From an uncultured bacterium (GTDB taxonomy: Bacteria > Abyssobacteria > SURF-5), in NCBI GenBank assembly GCA_964607485.1, contig CAZSKP010000015.1, positions 32,001 to 96,000 on the forward strand: DNA of 64,000 bases. The letters are read 5' to 3'. Positions 17,734 through 26,081 of this stretch are shown in pieces. The notes under the pieces are model-generated. The model was not told the origin of the DNA, did not search any database, and saw nothing but the letters and a program-made list of their open reading frames with translations. The position numbers were made by a program, and so were the translations under genes. The number at the start of each line of letters is the position of its first letter. Within the stretch, counting starts at the first letter, position 1.

Positions 17734-18972
17734 CTAAAGCTCCCGGAGGTCGAGCTTCTTGAGTGGGCCGAGGGCGACCACGTTGAGGACCTCATCCCGG
17801 AACAGTTCATGCGCGAGGTCTCTGATCTCGTCCGCGGTCACACTATCGATCTTGCGCATGATGGTCTGCAGGCCCTCGACGCGGTCGAGCGCGAGTATCG
17901 AACGCGCCAGGCGCATCATGCGTCCCGACGTGCTTTCCAGCGACAGCACGATGTTGCCCTTGAGCTGTTCCTTTGCGCTCCTGAGCTCGTCGTCGGGGAC
18001 CTTTCTCCTTTTCATTCTCGCCATCTCATCGAGGATGATATCAGAGGCCTTCTGCGTCTGCTTGGGGTTGAGCGCGGCGTACACGCCCAGCAGGCCCGTG
18101 TTTTCGTAGGAACTCAGAAACGTGTTGATCTGGTATGCCAGCCCCTCGTCCTCTCTCACGCGCTGATAGAGTCTCGAGGTCGAAGAGCCGCCGAGGATGT
18201 TGGAGAGCAGGTTGAACGAATAGCGCTTGTCGTCGCTCGCGCTCACCCCGGGCACGCCGAGACAGAGGTGCACCTGCCCGATCCGACGGTGGAATATCCT
18301 GTTGGCCGCCCGCACCTTGGGCGGCGGGTAAGCGTGCCGATTGTCCGATCCCCTCAGCCCGCCGAAGTGCTTTTCGCAGAGTTTTGTGAGCGATTCATCT
18401 TTGAAGTGGCCGGCGGCTGCGATGAGCACGTTTGAGGGGACATACCAGCGATGGTAGTAATCCCTCACGACTCGCCGGTTCAGCCTGGACAGCGCGCGCT
18501 TTGAGCCCGTTATCGGAAAGCCGAGGGAATGTCTCCGCCACATGACCGAAGAGAGCAGGTCCACCACGTGTTCTTCAGGCGCGTCTATGTAAGATTGAAT
18601 CTCTTCGGCGACGACGGCCTTTTCTTTTTCGAGGTCGCGGAACGTGGAATTGAGCAACACATCGGCCAGAATCTCCACGGCCACGTCGATGTGCGTATCG
18701 AGGATTTTGGCGTACAGACACGTGTACTCGCGGCTGGTAAAGGCGTTGGCCGAGCCCCCCATGCCCTCGAGCAGCTCCATTATCTGGCGTGCGGTGCGGG
18801 TCTTTGTTCCCTTGAAGAACAGGTGCTCGAGCAGATGCGAGACCCCGTTGACCTCCGGGGTCTCGTTCACCGACCCCGCCCGGATCCATACACCGAGCGT
18901 CGCCGATTTGAAATGGGGTAGCCGCTCCGTTACGAGTTCGATTTTATTTGAGAGGCGGTGTCGTCTCAGCAA
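17734..18972 (-). CDS. M16 family zinc peptidase
   Basis: Inverted zinc motif HLLEHLFFKGT, NAFTSRE; usual position downstream of pnp. Confidence 0.92.
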   Translation of the reverse strand: MLRRHRLSNKIELVTERLPHFKSATLGVWIRAGSVNETPEVNGVSHLLEHLFFKGTKTRTARQIMELLEGMGGSANAFTSREYTCLYAKILDTHIDVAVEILADVLLNSTFRDLEKEKAVVAEEIQSYIDAPEEHVVDLLSSVMWRRHSLGFPITGSKRALSRLNRRVVRDYYHRWYVPSNVLIAAAGHFKDESLTKLCEKHFGGLRGSDNRHAYPPPKVRAANRIFHRRIGQVHLCLGVPGVSASDDKRYSFNLLSNILGGSSTSRLYQRVREDEGLAYQINTFLSSYENTGLLGVYAALNPKQTQKASDIILDEMARMKRRKVPDDELRSAKEQLKGNIVLSLESTSGRMMRLARSILALDRVEGLQTIMRKIDSVTADEIRDLAHELFRDEVLNVVALGPLKKLDLREL

Positions 18973-18975
18973 TTC

Positions 18976-21084
18976 TCAATTTCCTGCGCCCACTTCTTTG
19001 TCGGCGGCCCGCTTGCTCAGGTTGATGCGGTTCTGTCGGTCTATCTCGATACACTTGACCGTCACGGTGTCGCCCTCTCTCAGGACGTCTTCGACCCGGC
19101 GGACGCGATGGTCGCTGAGCTCCGAGATGTGGACGAGGCCCTCCTTGCCGGGCAGAATCTCGACGAAAGCGCCGAATTTGAGAACGCGCTTGACCTTGCC
19201 GGTGTATATCTTGCCCACCTCGGCGTCCTCGACCAGTGCGCGTATCGTGTTGTACGCTTTCTCGCCCGCCTCCGAGTTCACGGCGGCGATGAGCACGCGC
19301 CCGTCGTCCTCCACGTTTATCTCAGCTCCGGTTTCGGCCACGATGCCGCGAATCACGCGTCCTCCCGGCCCGATGACGTCGCGAATCTTCTCGGGGTCAA
19401 TGCGCATGTGGATTATCTTCGGGGCGTGCTTGGATATCTCGGCTCTCGGCGCCGCTATGGCCTCGAGCATTTTTTCGAGGATGAAGTTGCGGCCCTCGCG
19501 AGCCTGCTCGAGCGCCCGGGAGAGAATTTCCAGGTCGAGGCCCTCCGTCTTTATGTCGAGTTGAAAGCCGGTGATCCCGTTCTTGCTGCCGGCGACCTTG
19601 AAGTCCATGTCGCCGAGGTAGTCTTCGATTCCCAGGATGTCGCTCAAGATGACGGCCTCGCCGCCTTCCTGCACCAGCCCCATCGCGATCCCGGCGACGG
19701 GCGCCTTGATGGCGACGCCGGCGTCCATAAGCGACAACGTAGCGCCGCAGACGGTCGCCATGGACGAGGAACCGTTGGATTCGAGGATGTCCGACACCAC
19801 GCGAATGGTATATGGAAATTCCTCGAACGAGGGCATCATGCTGACGAGCGAGCGTTCGGCGAGCGCGCCGTGGCCTATCTCGCGTCGTCCGGGGCCCCGG
19901 ATGGGTCGTACCTCGCCGACGCTGTACGGCGGGAAATTGTAGTGGAGCATGAACGTCTTCTTGTATTCGCCGAAAAGCGAATCCATTATTTGCTCGTCGG
20001 TCGAGGTACCGAGCGTCGTCGCGACGAGGGCCTGAGTTTCTCCCCGCGTAAACAGCGACGAGCCGTGCACCCTCGGGAGCAGTCCGATCTCGCAACTTAT
20101 CGGCCGGATCTCTTTCGGCCCTCGGCCGTCGGCCCTCAGTTTGTCTTTCAGTATCATGTTGCGGAGCAACTTCTTTTCGAGGCTGCCGAAAGCGGCTTTG
20201 ATTTGGGCGACTTCCTCTTCTTTGGCGTCGGGAAAGCGCTTCATGGTCTCTTCGAGCAGATGGTCGGTTTGTTCGCGGCGCTTGAGCTTATCGGCAACCC
20301 TGAATATTTCCATAAGCTTGGCGCTCGCGGATGACTCGACTTGCGCGATGATGTTCGCGTCGAGAACCACCTGCGGCGCAGGCAGCTTGAACTTGCCGCA
20401 GCGCGCCACCAGTTCCTCCTGCATCTTGATCGTGTCCTTGAGCATCTGATGGCCGAATTCGAGAGCGGCGATCATCGTCTCTTCATTGACTTCCTTGGCG
20501 CCTCCCTCGACCATCATTATTGCGTTCTTCGTGCCCGCAATCACGAGGTCGATGTCGCTCAGTTCGAGGTCTTTATAACTTGGGTTGACGACAAATTCGC
20601 CGTTGATTCTTCCCACTCTGACCGCGCCGATTATCTTCGTGAAGGGAATCTGCGAGATGGCCAGGGCCGCCGAAGCGCCTATTATCGACAACACGTCGGG
20701 GTCGTTTTCCTGGTCGTGCGAAATGACGGTCGCCATTATCTGCGTTTCGTTGAAGTAGCCGTCGGGGAACAGCGGTCTCAACGGCCTGTCGATGAGCCTG
20801 GAGGTCAGCGTCTCCTTCTCGCTGGGTCTTCCTTCTCGTTTGAAGAATCCGCCCGGAATCTTTCCCGCGGCGTACGTCTTCTCTCGATAATCGACGGTAA
20901 GCGGCAGGAAATCGATTCCCTCGCGGATGTCGGATGAAGCCACGGCGGTCACCAGGACGGCGGTATCGGCGTAAAATACACATGCGGCGCCATCGGCCTG
21001 CTTAGCCATGTGGCCGGTTTCAATTACCAGGTTGTGCCTTCCAAGCTTGGTTTCTACTTTCTCAATCATTACCGGTTTCTCCAT
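18976..21084 (-). CDS. pnp: Polyribonucleotide nucleotidyltransferase
   Basis: FLPLTVDY, RREIGHG, SNGSSSMA and GDMDFKVAG motifs; KH and S1 domains. Confidence 0.98.
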   Translation of the reverse strand: MEKPVMIEKVETKLGRHNLVIETGHMAKQADGAACVFYADTAVLVTAVASSDIREGIDFLPLTVDYREKTYAAGKIPGGFFKREGRPSEKETLTSRLIDRPLRPLFPDGYFNETQIMATVISHDQENDPDVLSIIGASAALAISQIPFTKIIGAVRVGRINGEFVVNPSYKDLELSDIDLVIAGTKNAIMMVEGGAKEVNEETMIAALEFGHQMLKDTIKMQEELVARCGKFKLPAPQVVLDANIIAQVESSASAKLMEIFRVADKLKRREQTDHLLEETMKRFPDAKEEEVAQIKAAFGSLEKKLLRNMILKDKLRADGRGPKEIRPISCEIGLLPRVHGSSLFTRGETQALVATTLGTSTDEQIMDSLFGEYKKTFMLHYNFPPYSVGEVRPIRGPGRREIGHGALAERSLVSMMPSFEEFPYTIRVVSDILESNGSSSMATVCGATLSLMDAGVAIKAPVAGIAMGLVQEGGEAVILSDILGIEDYLGDMDFKVAGSKNGITGFQLDIKTEGLDLEILSRALEQAREGRNFILEKMLEAIAAPRAEISKHAPKIIHMRIDPEKIRDVIGPGGRVIRGIVAETGAEINVEDDGRVLIAAVNSEAGEKAYNTIRALVEDAEVGKIYTGKVKRVLKFGAFVEILPGKEGLVHISELSDHRVRRVEDVLREGDTVTVKCIEIDRQNRINLSKRAADKEVGAGN

Positions 21085-21191
21085 TCTCAGTTCGGGTCAT
21101 ATTTATCTAAAGTCCGCATTGGACATGTTTCCCTTCCGGGCGGAATCGTTGCGTTTTCCTCGGCATGGATATGGCGGCGGAACGGGTCATG

Positions 21192-21461
21192 CTATTTCCG
21201 GAGGCCGAGGTCGCCGATGATTTTGCGGTAGCGTTCAATATCTTTTTGCTTCAGGTAGTTCAGAAGGCTGCGCCTTCGTCCGACCATCTTCAACAGGCCG
21301 CGGCGCGAATGGTGGTCCTTCTTGTGCGTCTCGAAGTGGTTGGTCAGCCCGTTAATGCGTTCGGTGAGCAGGGCGATCTGGACTTCCGGCGAGCCGGTGT
21401 CGCCGTCGTGAACTCGGTACTTGTTGATAATCCTGTGTTTTTCCTCTTTGGTGATCGTCAT
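21192..21461 (-). CDS. rpsO: 30S ribosomal protein S15
   Basis: [27 protein letters not shown] at 21461 preceded by AAGGAGG. Confidence 0.97.
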   Translation of the reverse strand: MTITKEEKHRIINKYRVHDGDTGSPEVQIALLTERINGLTNHFETHKKDHHSRRGLLKMVGRRRSLLNYLKQKDIERYRKIIGDLGLRK

Positions 21462-21560
21462 CGATGTTTCTCCTCCTTTTTGGTGGTTTATCCCCATTCC
21501 CAAGTGTGGCGTCGGAGTGTCGCCGACCTAGTGAATGGTTCCGAAGCTGCTCCGAGCGGG
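21462..21560 (-). promoter_or_regulatory. Possible S15 autoregulatory leader RNA
   Basis: ~100-nt structured spacer (GTCGG..CCGAC stem) 5' of rpsO, where S15 leaders normally lie; not model-verified. Confidence 0.3.
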
Positions 21561-22745
21561 CTATCGATCGGTGAGAGCCTCGATTCCGGGGAGTTTCTTG
21601 CCCTCCAGAATCTCGAGCGATGCGCCGCCGCCCGTGGAAATGTGAGACATTTTGCCGGACAGGCCGAATTGAGTTATGGCAGCGGCGGTGTCTCCCCCTC
21701 CTATGACAGAGGTGGCATCGGAATCGGCCACGTACTGCGCAATCCTTCGTGTCCCCTCTGCAAACGGCTTCATCTCGAACGCGCCGAGCGGCCCGTTCCA
21801 CACAACGGTTGCGGCGGCGTCGAGTTCGCGGCAAAACAGGTCGATGGTCTTCGGCCCAATGTCGAGCCCCATCCATCCAGCGTCGATGTCTTCTCCTTCC
21901 GTCACTTTGACGTTGGCGTTCTCGCTAAACTTTTCTGCGATTACATTATCGACAGGCAAGATGAACGCCTTCTTGAGACGCTTCGCCTTGTCTAAGGCCT
22001 CGCGGGCGACATCCATCTTGTCTTCTTCGAAAAGCGAATTTCCTATCGAGTGGCCCCGCGTTCGAAGGAACGTGTACGCCATGCCTCCGCCGATAAGAAA
22101 CTTGTCGGCTTTGTCCATCAGGCTGTTTATCGCTCCGATCTTGTCCGATACCTTCGCGCCTCCGAGTATCGTCACGAACGGCCTGACGGGACTGTTGAGC
22201 ACCCTCGAGAAATATTCGATCTCCTTCCCCATGAGGAGGCCCGCCACCGATTTGTCAACGAACCTGGTGATGCCCTCGGTCGAGGCGTGGGCGCGGTGGG
22301 CGGTCCCGAAGGCGTCGTTGACGTATATGTCGGCCAGCTTGGCCAACGCTTTGGCAAAATATTCGTCGTTCGCCTCTTCCTGCTCGTGGAAACGCAGGTT
22401 CTCGAGCAGAACGACGTCGCCCGGCTTCATGCCGGATACGGCTTTCTCGACGTCCTCTCCCACGCAGTCATCGACCTTCAGCACGGGCCTGCCCAGCAGT
22501 TCGCTCAGCCGCTTCGCCACGGGGTTCATCCGGAGTTTTTCCACCACCTTGCCCTTGGGACGGCCGAGATGGGACGCGAGTATGGCTTTTCCGTTGCGGT
22601 CGATGACGTAGCGTATCGTCGGGATGGTCTTGGATATCCGCGTGTCGTCCGAGACGCTCCCGTTCTCCAGGGGAACATTGAAATCGACGCGGATGAAGAC
22701 CCTCTTGCCGTCGAGCGGAACATCTTTTATGGTAAGCTTGTTCAT
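21561..22745 (-). CDS. pgk: Phosphoglycerate kinase
   Basis: RVDFNVP, SHLGRP, LLENLRF, DAFGTAHRAHAS and STGGGASL motifs. Confidence 0.98.
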   Translation of the reverse strand: MNKLTIKDVPLDGKRVFIRVDFNVPLENGSVSDDTRISKTIPTIRYVIDRNGKAILASHLGRPKGKVVEKLRMNPVAKRLSELLGRPVLKVDDCVGEDVEKAVSGMKPGDVVLLENLRFHEQEEANDEYFAKALAKLADIYVNDAFGTAHRAHASTEGITRFVDKSVAGLLMGKEIEYFSRVLNSPVRPFVTILGGAKVSDKIGAINSLMDKADKFLIGGGMAYTFLRTRGHSIGNSLFEEDKMDVAREALDKAKRLKKAFILPVDNVIAEKFSENANVKVTEGEDIDAGWMGLDIGPKTIDLFCRELDAAATVVWNGPLGAFEMKPFAEGTRRIAQYVADSDATSVIGGGDTAAAITQFGLSGKMSHISTGGGASLEILEGKKLPGIEALTDR

Positions 22746-22766
22746 TGACAGCTTTCACGTCATGCG

Positions 22767-23765
22767 CTAGCCGGCCATTCTTATAATCAGATCCACGCAG
22801 CGCTTCGAGTAGCCCCATTCGTTGTCGTACCAGGACACGACCTTGAACATCTTCGAGCCCATGGTCATGGTGAGTTGGGCGTCGAAAATGGACGAGTGCG
22901 GGTTTCCTATTATGTCGACCGACACCACCGGGTCCTCGCAGTATTCTATGATGCCCTTGTGCGTCGTCTCGGCCGCCTTCTTCATCACCCGGTTTATCGC
23001 ATCCACCGACACATCCTTTTTCGCTATCGCGACAAGGTCCGTCACCGAGGCGTCCTGAACGGGCACACGGAGCGCCATTCCGTCCAGCTTGCCGTTGAGC
23101 TCGGGAATCACCTTGCCCACCGCCTTGGCCGCGCCCGTAGTCGTGGGCACGATGGAAACGGCTGCCGAGCGTGCCCGCCTGAGGTCCTTGTGCGGCGCGT
23201 CAACAAGCCGCTGGTCGGCGGTGTATGCGTGCACCGTCGTTATCAGTCCCCACTCTATCGTGAACGCCTTGTTCAGCACATTCGCCATCGGGGCCAGACA
23301 GTTGGTCGTGCACGACGCGTTGGAAACGATTGTATGCTCCGGCTTCAGCGCGACATCGTTCGCTCCGAGCACTATCATCGCGTCCACGTCGCCCTTCGGA
23401 GGAACGGTCAGCAGAACCTTCTTGGCGCCCGCCTTGACATGCTTTGCGCAGTCGTCGCGCTTGCGAAAGATGCCCGTGGATTCCACAACGACTTTTACAT
23501 CAAGGTCCTTCCACGGCAGTTTCGCCGGGTCGCGCTCGGCCAGCACCTTCACCTGCTTCTTGCCCACGACCAGTGCGCCGTCCTTGACTGAGACCTGTTC
23601 CGGGAACCGACGGTGGGTGGAATCGTATTTAAGAAGATGGGCCAGTGTAGAGGCATCGGTGATATCGTTGACGGCAACCACTTCGATTTCGGGGTGTTCG
23701 CGCGTGGCCCGATAAACCATGCGCCCTATTCGTCCAAATCCGTTGATTCCGACTCTGATGGCCAT
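22767..23765 (-). CDS. gap: Glyceraldehyde-3-phosphate dehydrogenase, type I
   Basis: GINGFGRIGR, ASCTTNCL and WYDNEWGY; ATG at 23765. Confidence 0.98.
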   Translation of the reverse strand: MAIRVGINGFGRIGRMVYRATREHPEIEVVAVNDITDASTLAHLLKYDSTHRRFPEQVSVKDGALVVGKKQVKVLAERDPAKLPWKDLDVKVVVESTGIFRKRDDCAKHVKAGAKKVLLTVPPKGDVDAMIVLGANDVALKPEHTIVSNASCTTNCLAPMANVLNKAFTIEWGLITTVHAYTADQRLVDAPHKDLRRARSAAVSIVPTTTGAAKAVGKVIPELNGKLDGMALRVPVQDASVTDLVAIAKKDVSVDAINRVMKKAAETTHKGIIEYCEDPVVSVDIIGNPHSSIFDAQLTMTMGSKMFKVVSWYDNEWGYSKRCVDLIIRMAG

Positions 23766-23953
23766 CTTTTCCCCTTTCACTAGGTTTTTTCTGCCCATAA
23801 ACCTTCTAATATATCCAGCAATTATGTCACAAATGAAAAGAGAAGTCAATCGCCCCGGCGTGGGGGTTCAGCGGCGCTTCGGCGGAGTTGCTTCCTCAAA
23901 CGAAGAGTGTTGCGGTTTCCTGCGATGGCCTGCGAAGGTGTAGGGAGATGATT

Positions 23954-24385
23954 TCAGCGGCGTCGTTGCGAGCCGGCCTGCAGCCGTCTGTTCATCATGG
24001 CGACCCGGCCCGCCATGGCCCATGAGCCGGCGGTTATGCCCGTGTGGGCGTGAGGCGCCTCGGATTTCTGTTCCGATTCCATGGCAATTGCGATGGCGGC
24101 TCCTATGACGGCGACCATTTCTTCCTCGCCCGCCTCCCGCTCGTGTATTTCGGCCAGGCCGGCGGCCGGCGTTTCCACTTTATGTTTTTGCGCGCCTCTC
24201 GCCTCCTGCCGTGCGACGATTCGTGAGACGATCGCGCCGAGCAGTTGCATCGCGATCAGCAAAATCGCGAGCACGATGAACACTCCCACAAACCGAATGA
24301 GCAGGGTGCTCATTATGAAGCCCCACGGCAGCTCGACGGCTCTTTGGATCAGCTCTTGCACGGGCACCTCGCGCGTACGCGTCAA
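23954..24385 (-). CDS. OadG-family (Na+-decarboxylase gamma/delta-like) membrane protein
   Basis: TM FVGVFIVLAILL, EEMVAVIGAAI and SWAMAGR motifs; start uncertain. Confidence 0.65.
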   Translation of the reverse strand: MTRTREVPVQELIQRAVELPWGFIMSTLLIRFVGVFIVLAILLIAMQLLGAIVSRIVARQEARGAQKHKVETPAAGLAEIHEREAGEEEMVAVIGAAIAIAMESEQKSEAPHAHTGITAGSWAMAGRVAMMNRRLQAGSQRRR

Positions 24386-24536
24386 GAAGCGCGGTTTTCA
24401 CACATTTGCGCCAACGACGCCTATTATACAAATTCTGGGGAAAAAATCAACTCGACGGCGGCAGGTCGGGGAAATTAAGCAATACAAAAGATACATTCGC
24501 GGGAGGCATTGGAGCGACGAGAGGACATCTTCTTCC

Positions 24537-25160
24537 TTATTTCTGTTCGTCCAGCTTGACGCGGGTGCTGATGAACACGTGGTCGTCCTCTATCGAGTAG
24601 GCGAGACCGGTCTGCTGACAGATGCGCGTTATGATGGTCCTGAGCGGCAGCGGGTTGTCTGTCCTGATGCTGACTTCCGAATCCAGCAGGCCCTTGGATT
24701 CGGCGAGCACCGTCTCATCCACTATGATGTTCACATCGGTCAAGAATGTAAGCGACTTGGCGACGTTGCGGACGTCCTCCTCCGAGAAATCCACCTGAAC
24801 CAGTTGATTCAGCTTCTGGTAAAACTTGTCCTGGGCCTCGCCCTTGTCCTTTATCTCTTCGATGACTTTCTTGCAGCACTCTATCGATTCATCCACCATG
24901 CGATCGATGCCGTGTGGACGCTCGTCGGGCAGGTTGGGATAATCTTTCCAGATGTTCTCGTACCCGCGGAGCGCCTCTCTGTACTTCCGCAGCGCGAGCG
25001 CGTAGTCCTTTCCCTCGAGCGCTTCCGCAGCCTGTTCCTCTATGGGTTTCACCTCGTGCAGAAACACGAACAGCGCGGATTTTTGAATCTCGAACGCCCC
25101 GACCTCGACCGAGGTCATGCACGACAACAGGACGATGAGAAGCAACGTCGCTCGCTTCAT
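24537..25160 (-). CDS. Exported hypothetical protein with a C-terminal STN-like (secretin/TonB N-terminal) domain
   Basis: Signal peptide, helical region, then VDFSEEDVRNV..VNIIVD..PLRTIITRICQQTGLAYSIED. Confidence 0.6.
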   Translation of the reverse strand: MKRATLLLIVLLSCMTSVEVGAFEIQKSALFVFLHEVKPIEEQAAEALEGKDYALALRKYREALRGYENIWKDYPNLPDERPHGIDRMVDESIECCKKVIEEIKDKGEAQDKFYQKLNQLVQVDFSEEDVRNVAKSLTFLTDVNIIVDETVLAESKGLLDSEVSIRTDNPLPLRTIITRICQQTGLAYSIEDDHVFISTRVKLDEQK

Positions 25161-25885
25161 CGGCTTTCACCCGACAGCAAATTGCGGAAAGTTCCCGAAA
25201 TGTTGTCGTAGATGTGCTCCAACCCATGTTTGCCGAACTCTATCAGCTTCAGCGGATTGGCGGCGATCTCGAGGCGGCCGGCCTTGACGGCGTCGATTAT
25301 GGCCTCCGTGTTTTTTTCGGCCTCGACGAGCGAGTAGGCCGAGCCGAATTTCTCCAGGTGATGACAATCGGACGTGCACACCAGCGGGAGCCCATGCTTC
25401 GCGGCCGTCCGGAGGGCGAACATGTTGAAATTTATCCGGCTGTGATAGAACCATGAAAATTCTAACGCATCAAACACATCGATGTTTCTTCCCACAAGCC
25501 ACATGAGAGAAGAAAAGTCGGGGAAATATGGATGAGGAGCCACGACCATATTCTCAGGAGTTCGGAGCCTCCTCAGGTCGTCAAGGCTGCGTGCCTCGAG
25601 GATTTCATCGCGCGCGTTCACAACAAGCACGTGCTTTCCCCGGATATTCGCCTCGACGCCCGGAATGAGAACAATTCCCCGCTCACGCGCATAGTCCCGC
25701 AGATAGCTGCTGAAAGAAACGGCGTTGTGATTCGTGATGCTTATCGCGTCGAATCCCAGGTAGTACGCCTTATCTATCAACTCACAGCTTGTGTGCAGGA
25801 CTGGCTCTTCCGGGTCGTCTGCAGTGTGTGTATGAAGGTCGACTTTCAGAAATTTCTTGGGCATCTCAACTTCGATTTCTCTCAT
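25157..25885 (-). CDS. PHP-domain phosphoesterase
   Basis: DLHTHT, ITNHN, GVE, PHP and SDCH metal ligands; start at 25885 or 25864, downstream of the predicted promoter. Confidence 0.85.
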   Translation of the reverse strand: MREIEVEMPKKFLKVDLHTHTADDPEEPVLHTSCELIDKAYYLGFDAISITNHNAVSFSSYLRDYARERGIVLIPGVEANIRGKHVLVVNARDEILEARSLDDLRRLRTPENMVVAPHPYFPDFSSLMWLVGRNIDVFDALEFSWFYHSRINFNMFALRTAAKHGLPLVCTSDCHHLEKFGSAYSLVEAEKNTEAIIDAVKAGRLEIAANPLKLIEFGKHGLEHIYDNISGTFRNLLSGESR

Positions 25886-25905
25886 CAGGCGAAGCTTCTC
25901 CCACA

Positions 25906-25934
25906 ATTTTAGTTGTGCAAAACAGATTTGTCAA
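25906..25934 (-). promoter_or_regulatory. Putative sigma70 promoter for the PHP gene
   Basis: TTGACA-N17-TAAAAT on the minus strand. Confidence 0.6.
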
Positions 25935-25963
25935 CGATGCCAGTGTTACATCAGTTATTCTGG

Positions 25964-25980
25964 TGCATAATTTGTGCCAG
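25964..25980 (-). promoter_or_regulatory. Putative sigma54 (-24/-12) site
   Basis: CTGGCACAAATTATGCA on the minus strand: TGGCAC with GG-N10-GC spacing. Confidence 0.45.
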
Positions 25981-26007
25981 AAAAAGATTCGCTCAGCCTC
26001 CCGACGA

Positions 26008-26036
26008 TTGACTTTTCATATTTCGGGAAATATAAT
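26008..26036 (+). promoter_or_regulatory. Putative sigma70 promoter for the pseudokinase-FHA-B-box-rhomboid operon
   Basis: TTGACT-N17-TATAAT. Confidence 0.7.
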
Positions 26037-26081
26037 GCGGAAGGAGCGGAGTGTGTCCCAACTCTGAGGGAGGGGGCTCTG

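Noticed and set aside
25974-26081. ORF-track start of the kinase fusion at 25974
   Set aside because: It lies upstream of the predicted promoter; GTG 26082 has an SD and matches the start of the kinase fold
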